A stretch of DNA of 25,787 nucleotides, taken from IMG/VR virus record IMGVR_UViG_3300033516_000035, positions 1 to 25,787 of that record, one strand, 5' to 3'. Below, in pieces: positions 19,431 through 25,787 of this stretch (position 1 is its first letter; the number at the start of each line of letters is the position of its first letter). The position numbers and the translations under genes are program-made. Below the pieces are notes generated by a model that made no database searches, was not told the DNA's origin, and worked only from the letters and a program-made list of their open reading frames with translations. Source of the stretch: a virus. Lineage: Duplodnaviria > Caudoviricetes.

Positions 19431-19503
19431 AGCAGAATATCAGATTCAAACTGATGCCTTCTGGTTGGAAGCCAGACATGCTAATCACTAACACCAATTC
19501 TGC
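19431..19503 (-). tRNA. tRNA-Gly(UCC)
   Basis: GCAGAAT/ATTCTGC acceptor, U73, TCTGG-CT TCC AA-CCAGA, T-loop TTTGAAT. Confidence 0.9.
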
Positions 19504-19511
19504 ATAATATT

Positions 19512-19545
19512 AAAACAAAAAAACCTCAACTTTTGGTTGAGGTTT
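19512..19545 (-). terminator. Intrinsic terminator (attenuator) immediately upstream of the first tRNA
   Basis: Minus strand AAACCTCAAC-CAAAA-GTTGAGGTTT-TTTTGTTTT: 10-bp stem plus U-tract, ending 8 nt before tRNA-Gly. Confidence 0.85.
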
Positions 19546-19566
19546 GTATTTTTTTATTTTTTTATT

Positions 19567-19650
19567 TTAAAAAAGACAATAATCAACCAGTATGGTGTTT
19601 TTTCCACGACCATTCACTCTTGTTCTCACTGTTGTTGTCATTTTTTTCAT
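19567..19650 (-). CDS. Putative attenuator leader peptide MKKMTTTVRTRVNGRGKNTILVDYCLF (27 aa, below the ORF-track cutoff)
   Basis: ATG AAA AAA ATG ACA ACA ACA GTG AGA ACA AGA GTG AAT GGT CGT GGA AAA AAC ACC ATA CTG GTT GAT TAT TGT CTT TTT TAA. Has an A-rich UTR and an ATATATA motif 21 nt upstream, like the other genes here. Confidence 0.75.
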   Translation of the reverse strand: MKKMTTTVRTRVNGRGKNTILVDYCLF

Positions 19651-19671
19651 AATTTTAATATTTTTATTAAT

Positions 19672-19680
19672 TATATATAT
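19672..19680 (-). promoter_or_regulatory. ATATATA promoter-like motif upstream of the leader/tRNA operon
   Basis: Same motif and spacing as found before most gene starts in this window. Confidence 0.55.
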
Positions 19681-19763
19681 TTATAATTTTTATTCGTTTT
19701 TTGCTATTTTTAATTTAGAATTCAAAAATAATAAAAAGTTTTCAAATAAAAAAATTATTTTAT

Positions 19764-20471
19764 TTAAATTTCAAAAAAATTTCTTAATGTATCTTCTAAT
19801 TCATTTATAATTAAATATTTATCAGAATATTGATCAATTAAATATATTGAACTATTTTCTGAATTGTAGAATATTTGAACCTCAAATGAATTATTTTTAT
19901 TATTAAATTTAAAATTTGATTTATTTTGAGTTATGTTTAATTTAAGATATTTTGCTAATTTATATAATGAATTTTTAATTTCATTAAAATAATCATATGG
20001 AAGTTCAAAATATATTTTTTCATCTGGATCATAAGGTTCAGAAATTTTTAAATTTAAATTATTATTTTCTTTTTTGAATATTTTTACATTGTCTGATATT
20101 TTTGAATTTTTATCTATGTTACATTTTATAAATTCACCACCTCTAACATCACCTTTAATATTTCCATTTATAAATTTTCCATTGAATATGATACCAGATT
20201 TGAATGTTCCATTATTCCAAAGTCCATTATACCAAACACCATTTTGCCAAATTCCAGCTTTCCAATTTCCACTTCTAAATACACCATAATGCCAATCACC
20301 ATTGAACCAAGTTCCAGCATTCCACACAAGAGTATTTTTAATTATTTCTAATCTTGCATTTTCTATTTCGGCTTCTATTAACCAAGTTATGTTGTTTTTT
20401 ATTAGAATTTCATTTATTTGATATTCTTTTTCATATGTATTTCCTTGAAATTTTAATTCTTTATATCTCAT
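19764..20471 (-). CDS. Hypothetical protein with (W/F)xxGx pentapeptide repeats
   Basis: WNAGT WFNGD WHYGV FRSGN WKAGI WQNGV WYNGL WNNGT FKSGI IFNGK FINGN. Confidence 0.7.
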   Translation of the reverse strand: MRYKELKFQGNTYEKEYQINEILIKNNITWLIEAEIENARLEIIKNTLVWNAGTWFNGDWHYGVFRSGNWKAGIWQNGVWYNGLWNNGTFKSGIIFNGKFINGNIKGDVRGGEFIKCNIDKNSKISDNVKIFKKENNNLNLKISEPYDPDEKIYFELPYDYFNEIKNSLYKLAKYLKLNITQNKSNFKFNNKNNSFEVQIFYNSENSSIYLIDQYSDKYLIINELEDTLRNFFEI

Positions 20472-20531
20472 ACTTTTAAATTTTTTTAAACTTTTATATC
20501 ATTTATATATAAAAAACAAAAAACCAAAAAT

Positions 20532-21632
20532 ATGCAATATTATAGAAATTATAAAACTGGTGAAAAAGTTTATGTAGTTGATGATTCTAATGATGTTTTT
20601 TTAAAATTAAACAATGGAGATCAGATTAAAAGGGATTCATTTTTTAAATTATATGGATTATATGCAGATGAACAAAATCAATTATTAAAAGAGATAAATG
20701 AAAGTAGAGAAAAGTTAGAAACTCAAATAAATAGAAATTTAATTCCAAATATTTCAAATACTCCAAATTATGTAAAAACTGATAGAATTGATCTAGATGA
20801 TTTTTTCAATCAATCATCAAATTTGGCTAATATGGCTAATAAACTTTCAAATGTGGATACAAATAAAATTGTAGATTTACCAGATTCAATGGCAAAATCA
20901 ATTAAAGTTATTGATCCTGGTGAAAATGTTAGTTATGATAATTTATCATCATTGGATGAAAAGAAGTCAAATTTAATAAATAATTATAATGCAGTTGCAA
21001 GTCAAACTGGACAGAAAACAATACAAAATCAAAGATTAACAGATGATGATATAAGAAAAAAATATATGCCAGTGGATGAAAATTCAGACAATATTCCACT
21101 AATGAATAAGAACATTAGGAAAGATGAAATTGATAATGAAACTGGATTAAATGGAAGACAATTAATGATTAGACAGCAAGCAATAGAGGCTGGACAACCA
21201 GATCCATTTATAGATAAAATAAATAAATGGAGAGAAGATAAAGGATTATCAAATGTAAAAATAAATCCACAAATATCAAATAATATCATTAAAAGTAAAA
21301 CAGATGAACACGATGTTATGAATATGATATTGAGTATGTTTGAAAATGATTTTGTTGTTAAAATAAATGTACCAATTCAAACTACAATAACTGATCCAAT
21401 TATATTAAAACCACTTTTGAAGAAAATAAAAGGAGATGTTGTTGATTATTATACACAAGAAGCATTGAATCAATTATATGGAAATGTATCAGAAATAAAA
21501 GATATGTTATATAATGAAATATATGAAAAAATTCATGGTGAAAAATTAGTTAAGAAGTCAGTTAAAGTTAAGAAAGCAGTTAAGAAAAAAGTAGAAAATA
21601 ATAAAATAGAGAATGAGGAAAATAATATCTGA
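20532..21632 (+). CDS. Hypothetical protein
   Basis: 366-aa ORF with upstream ATATATA motif and a Lys/Val-rich tail. Confidence 0.7.
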   Translation: MQYYRNYKTGEKVYVVDDSNDVFLKLNNGDQIKRDSFFKLYGLYADEQNQLLKEINESREKLETQINRNLIPNISNTPNYVKTDRIDLDDFFNQSSNLANMANKLSNVDTNKIVDLPDSMAKSIKVIDPGENVSYDNLSSLDEKKSNLINNYNAVASQTGQKTIQNQRLTDDDIRKKYMPVDENSDNIPLMNKNIRKDEIDNETGLNGRQLMIRQQAIEAGQPDPFIDKINKWREDKGLSNVKINPQISNNIIKSKTDEHDVMNMILSMFENDFVVKINVPIQTTITDPIILKPLLKKIKGDVVDYYTQEALNQLYGNVSEIKDMLYNEIYEKIHGEKLVKKSVKVKKAVKKKVENNKIENEENNI

Positions 21633-22035
21633 TAATTATTTAGAGAAATTTTACAATTATAGAAAAGATTATTTTAAATATACACATTTAATAATTGGAA
21701 AAGAAGAATTGGTAAAAAGTCATAAAGAGAGTGTAGATGATATAATTAAGAATGTAAAGGAATATAATTTTGATGGATTTTCAGAAGAAGAAATAAAAAA
21801 ACATTTAGATGAAAAATTTATTTTAATTTCAAATAAAGTGGATGAATTATTAACAGAATTGAAACCATTATATGAAAAGATAACAAATATAAAAAGTGAA
21901 TCTGATAATTTATATCAAGCAGTTTTAGAAAAATATCCAGGAATTGATATTAATGATATGAAACTACAAATTATAAATTATATTGGAAAATTTGAAAATG
22001 ATATAAATGATTACAAAAATTTTGAAACTTTTTAA
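21613..22035 (+). CDS. Hypothetical coiled-coil protein
   Basis: 140-aa helical ORF overlapping the upstream gene by 20 nt. Confidence 0.65.
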   Translation: MRKIISDNYLEKFYNYRKDYFKYTHLIIGKEELVKSHKESVDDIIKNVKEYNFDGFSEEEIKKHLDEKFILISNKVDELLTELKPLYEKITNIKSESDNLYQAVLEKYPGIDINDMKLQIINYIGKFENDINDYKNFETF

Positions 22036-22082
22036 TATGAATAAAAAAAAATAATTAAAAAATATGTTAAATTATAGAGAAA

Positions 22083-22886
22083 ATGTTGGATTTAGAAAAC
22101 CTAATATATTATCACATTATACAAATGAGGAATTACCAAGAGTATGCAAAATGCAACATTGATCCTATATATTTCTTTGAAAAATATTGTGAAGTTCTAA
22201 CTGAGGATGGAATACAACCTATAAAAATTCGTTCTTTTCAAAAAGAAATTATTAAAGATTATTTTACTAATAGATTCAATATAACTGCAAATTCCAGACA
22301 AACTGGTATAAATACAGTTATTAATTTATTAATGTTATATGATGCAATTTTCAATACCGTTAAATCTATTATGTTGATAGAAGATAAATTTACTGAAGAA
22401 ATGGATATTATAATGAATATATATTTAAAACTTCCTCATTTTTTAAAACCAGGAATAGTTGAATATAATCACTCATATATACAATTTGATAATGGAAGTA
22501 TAATAAGAACGATGAGAAAAAATTGTGATCTTTCAATTGGATTTGGTGTAGATTCATTATTTTTGAATGATTTTGCTTATATTCATCCGACAATGGCGAA
22601 AAACATCATGAATTCAATGTTTCCAATAATGAAAGAATTAAAAGATTGTAAAATCTTTATATCATCTTCACCAAATGGAATAAATCATTTCACAAAACTT
22701 TTAATGGATGCAGAAAGAAAAGATGGAGATCCAAAAAAGAATGAATTTAAACCACACAGAGTGTATTGGTGGGAGGTTTCTGGTAGAGATGAACAATGGA
22801 AAAATAATGAAACATTGAAATTGGGATCATCAGATATATTTGATCAAGCATATGATTTGATGTTTTTCAAGTACAATGATATATAA
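22083..22886 (+). CDS. Terminase large subunit (T4 gp17-like) ATPase-domain-only paralog with degenerate Walker motifs
   Basis: DPIYFFEKY, RSFQKEII, SRQTGINT, LPHFLKPG, FDNGS.I, LFLNDFAYI, SSSPNG.NHF, VYWWEVSGRDEQWK. Ends where the nuclease domain would begin. Confidence 0.8.
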   Translation: MLDLENLIYYHIIQMRNYQEYAKCNIDPIYFFEKYCEVLTEDGIQPIKIRSFQKEIIKDYFTNRFNITANSRQTGINTVINLLMLYDAIFNTVKSIMLIEDKFTEEMDIIMNIYLKLPHFLKPGIVEYNHSYIQFDNGSIIRTMRKNCDLSIGFGVDSLFLNDFAYIHPTMAKNIMNSMFPIMKELKDCKIFISSSPNGINHFTKLLMDAERKDGDPKKNEFKPHRVYWWEVSGRDEQWKNNETLKLGSSDIFDQAYDLMFFKYNDI

Positions 22887-22947
22887 ATTACAAAAATTTT
22901 GAAACTTTTTAATATAATATAAATATAAATAAAAAATAATTAACATT

Positions 22948-23148
22948 ATGCCAAAATCAAAAAATAGAAAAGACCAGAAGAAAAAATCAAAATTAAGAAC
23001 GCAAAGCATCAAAAATGCAAATGATAAATTCCAAAAAGATTTTATATCAATGATGCAAAAACAACAACAAACACAAATTGATAATAAAATAAAAGAAAGT
23101 GAAAATTCAAATATTGTAGAAAATGTTGATGTTGGAGATATTATTTAA
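22948..23148 (+). CDS. Small hypothetical protein with basic N-terminus
   Basis: MPKSKNRKDQKKKSK... with A-rich UTR and promoter-like upstream motif. Confidence 0.6.
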   Translation: MPKSKNRKDQKKKSKLRTQSIKNANDKFQKDFISMMQKQQQTQIDNKIKESENSNIVENVDVGDII

Positions 23149-23181
23149 AAATATTTTTATATATAATAATAAAAATTATTT

Positions 23182-23499
23182 ATGAAAAAAGAAAATATTA
23201 AAAATTTTAATTTATTTTTAAATGAGAATTCATCTGAATTAGAAAAATTTGTTTATTTATTAACAAATGATGGACATAGAGATAGTGTCAATTTACAAAA
23301 ATGTGCATTGGATGATGATGGATTAAAGAAAATTCTAATAGAAGAAGCTTCAGAAATTGGTGAAATTGTTGTAGAAAATTCTATTGAAATTCAACATTCA
23401 AAAACTGGAACAGGTGGTTGGATATATTACAAATATATTGATTCTGATGATGAATTAGAAGATGGAAAATATGGATTTTTTAAATTAAAAATTGTTTAA
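23182..23499 (+). CDS. Hypothetical acidic protein
   Basis: 105-aa ORF with ATATATA 16 nt upstream and N-terminal IKNFNLFLNE. Confidence 0.65.
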   Translation: MKKENIKNFNLFLNENSSELEKFVYLLTNDGHRDSVNLQKCALDDDGLKKILIEEASEIGEIVVENSIEIQHSKTGTGGWIYYKYIDSDDELEDGKYGFFKLKIV

Positions 23500-23531
23500 T
23501 TTTAATTAAACAATTTTTATTTTTTAATAAA

Positions 23532-24008
23532 TTATATTGTACTAATATTTAATGTTTTAGAAGTACTTCCTGAGCGATTATAAGCATCAATTTTAACAGT
23601 ATATTGTGTAGATGGTGCTAAATAATTAATAATTATATTATTTGTATTTCTAATATGATAATTATTCCATTTATCTACTGTTTTTCCATTTTGATTATAA
23701 ACTGAAACATTATATCTGGAAACTCCTGATAATGGTGTCCAATAAACATGAATTGTTGAATTTGATGCACCAGTATTGGTGATTGTTAATGTAGATGGAT
23801 GTTGAAAACAAAATTGTCTTTCAATCCACTTACTATCAAAACCACCATCATTATTAGCATATTCATAGTATTCTTCAGTTCCAGATTTTATATATTTTCT
23901 AATCAACCATTTTGGATCATATATTGTGGTTTCTGGTGTTGCATATCCATAATATGTTAATCCTGTATTTATAGTTTCTTTTCTAAGCCAATTTTCATTA
24001 TTTATCAT
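23532..24008 (-). CDS. Fibronectin type III domain protein (probable virion decoration)
   Basis: PSTL ... STIHVYWTP ... YNV ... LAPSTQYTVKIDAYN.SG is the FN3 pattern. Confidence 0.8.
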   Translation of the reverse strand: MINNENWLRKETINTGLTYYGYATPETTIYDPKWLIRKYIKSGTEEYYEYANNDGGFDSKWIERQFCFQHPSTLTITNTGASNSTIHVYWTPLSGVSRYNVSVYNQNGKTVDKWNNYHIRNTNNIIINYLAPSTQYTVKIDAYNRSGSTSKTLNISTI

Positions 24009-24033
24009 AATATTTTATTTTATTTTTATATAT

Positions 24034-25395
24034 TTATTTTAAATTTTCTTTTTCTAAATTAAAATCATTATCTATTTGATTTTCATCTTTTTTAGTTTCG
24101 TCTTTTTTATTGGATGATTTCTTGTCTTTTGAATTTTCAGTATCATCAAATTCATCATAAACATCTGGATATATTTCACCTTTTAAATCTGTATTATATT
24201 TTATTTTCCAGAATTCTTCAAAATTTTTAATATCTGATTTTTGGTAATTATATTCTAAATTTATATTTAGATTGGATTCAATATGTTTATTTATATCATC
24301 AACTGTTTTATTGAATAATACTACGGTTTGTTCATTGAATATACCAATAGATTTATTTTTTCTTTTGTTGAATGATCCTAAGATGCATTTGAAAACATAT
24401 TCATATTTTGAATTTGTTTTTATGAAATCTTTTGTTTTTTCGTTTTTTATTAAATCTATATTGATTTTAAATTTTTCATTTTTAAAAAATTCTGGAATAT
24501 CAATTTCCATTTTCAATATATCTTTTTCCATATTTTCCATATATTCATTATATACCAAAGATATTAATTCTACATACATATCATCTTTATTTAAAGATTT
24601 TAATTTTTGAATTTTTAAATTAATTAATTGAATATAATTTAAAAAACTTAACAATATTAATGTATATGTATCTACATAATCTGTATAAGTATTCATATTT
24701 AATTTTTTATACAATGGATTTAATAATTCAAAAGATAATTCTTCTTCATCAATCTTTAAAATTAATTTTTCAATATTATCATTATAATTATTACTATTCA
24801 TTAGGAATGAATTTTTCAATTGTGGATTTAATATTTTATAAAAGAAATAAGTGAAATTTTTTTCACCAAATATAAAATTTGAATCTTTTTCTGATGTTCT
24901 TAAATATAATTCAATAATTTCTAATTGTTTATTAGATAAAATTCCTTTATATAATACTGGTAGTGGATCAACATCAAATAAATTTGAATATTCTATTATT
25001 TCATTATAGTTATATTTATATTTAGTTCCTTTTAAAATACAAGTCAATATTAGATTATTTTTAGGTAATCTTTCATAATTAATGTTGGCTGGTTGATTAT
25101 CTGGAAAATATTCAAAACAAAACCACCAAGTTTTATTTAATAATTCTGTTACATAAGTTGGTAATGAATTAAAATATTTAAAAGCAGAATTATAAAAAAC
25201 TTGCATTGTTAAATCTATGAAATTTAAAGGTTCATTGTTTATTGATTTTGGTTTTATTATGAATTTTTCACCATCCCAATTAACATATATTTTACTACCT
25301 TGTATATCTTCATATATAATCAATTCTTTATCTTTTATTGATAAAATAAATTCTGATATATTTTCAACATCATTTAATTTTTTAATCTTTACCAT
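24034..25395 (-). CDS. Hypothetical protein with degenerate RNA-ligase (nucleotidyltransferase)-like N-domain
   Basis: IYEDIQGSKI (cf. motif I EKxDGS), FCFEY (motif III), FDVDPLPVLYKG and IEKLILK (cf. motif IV EGxVxK). Confidence 0.55.
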   Translation of the reverse strand: MVKIKKLNDVENISEFILSIKDKELIIYEDIQGSKIYVNWDGEKFIIKPKSINNEPLNFIDLTMQVFYNSAFKYFNSLPTYVTELLNKTWWFCFEYFPDNQPANINYERLPKNNLILTCILKGTKYKYNYNEIIEYSNLFDVDPLPVLYKGILSNKQLEIIELYLRTSEKDSNFIFGEKNFTYFFYKILNPQLKNSFLMNSNNYNDNIEKLILKIDEEELSFELLNPLYKKLNMNTYTDYVDTYTLILLSFLNYIQLINLKIQKLKSLNKDDMYVELISLVYNEYMENMEKDILKMEIDIPEFFKNEKFKINIDLIKNEKTKDFIKTNSKYEYVFKCILGSFNKRKNKSIGIFNEQTVVLFNKTVDDINKHIESNLNINLEYNYQKSDIKNFEEFWKIKYNTDLKGEIYPDVYDEFDDTENSKDKKSSNKKDETKKDENQIDNDFNLEKENLK

Positions 25396-25497
25396 AATTT
25401 AAACTTTAATTATTTTTAAGTTTTAATACATATATATTAAATTTTTTCATAGGATTATTTCATTATTATATATAATATAAAATTAATCCAAAAAGAT

Positions 25498-25787
25498 ATG
25501 AATAAGATACAACAATTTATTAAATTATTAATTTTGTCTGGCATAAATAATCCAGATGATTATGAATATTTTGATTCTGATAAAGATGGTTTTATATACA
25601 TTAAAAATAAAATAAATAGTAATATTTATAAATTGCATATATCAAGAAAATTTCCATTACAAAAAGTTGATACTGTAAATGATACTGTAAATGATACTGT
25701 AAATGAGACTGTAAATGATACTGTAAATGATACTGTAAATGATACTGTAAATGATACTGTAAATGATACTGTAAATGATACTGTAAA
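25498..25787 (+). CDS. Hypothetical protein, 3'-truncated, with (DTVN)n repeat
   Basis: MNKIQQFIKLLILSGINNPDD...LQKV(DTVN)n is open to the window end. ATATATA at 25468-25474. Confidence 0.7.
   Translation, partial: MNKIQQFIKLLILSGINNPDDYEYFDSDKDGFIYIKNKINSNIYKLHISRKFPLQKVDTVNDTVNDTVNETVNDTVNDTVNDTVNDTVNDTVNDTV
25669..25787 (+). repeat. 12-bp tandem repeat GATACTGTAAAT, 9 full copies plus 11 nt
   Basis: Read directly. One variant copy GAGACTGTAAAT at 25705-25716. Confidence 0.97.

Noticed and set aside
19504-19680. T-box riboswitch as explanation for the terminator before the tRNAs
   Set aside because: No T-box consensus (AGGGUGGNACCGCG) or stem I is visible. A translated leader explains the region better.
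19592-19810. 72-aa plus-strand ORF in the track
   Set aside because: Antisense shadow of the leader peptide and AT-rich intergenic DNA. F/I/L/K low-complexity composition and no upstream motif.
2671-25402. Short ORFs nested in or antisense to longer genes (2671, 9244, 9413, 13634, 16361, 16584, 17875, 18642, 20074, 21029, 22408, 22830, 24272, 24660, 25217)
   Set aside because: They overlap well-supported genes and have the composition expected of shadow frames.
25669-25787. Possible CRISPR array
   Set aside because: Head-to-tail 12-mers with no spacers.
1-25787. Stop-codon reassignment as in some jumbo phages
   Set aside because: Genes are long and intact in code 11, coding density is high, and there is no suppressor anticodon in the array.

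Overview
Very AT-rich segment of a large T4-like (myovirus, probably jumbo) phage genome read in standard code 11. A Bacteroidota host is inferred from A-rich 5' UTRs with no Shine-Dalgarno sequence and the HDD form of the APRT PRPP motif. From left to right it holds the end of a tail sheath gene, an antisense two-gene insert (Hef-like/GNAT protein plus a Cys-His-Asp protein), the tail tube, a gp26-like hub/chaperone pair with a possible frameshift, a HAD protein, a 1003-aa unknown, an AAA+ ATPase, a beta-propeller, a 1639-aa tail fibre-like protein, NUDIX and APRT, a six-gene tRNA array, a degenerate terminase ATPase, a degenerate RNA-ligase-like protein and a partial ORF with a 12-bp tandem repeat. 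The main finding is directly upstream of the tRNA array (minus strand): an unannotated 27-aa leader ORF, then an intrinsic terminator with a mutually exclusive antiterminator. Ten of the leader's codons 5-16 are read by the tRNAs encoded downstream. This looks like a ribosome-stalling attenuator that switches on phage replacement tRNAs when the matching host tRNAs are depleted. The tRNAs are also unusual: all end in CTA rather than CCA, tRNA-Thr has a long variable arm, one Arg has anticodon GCG, and two carry an A19-U56 elbow pair. All protein family calls come from motif recognition by eye, with no database searches run.
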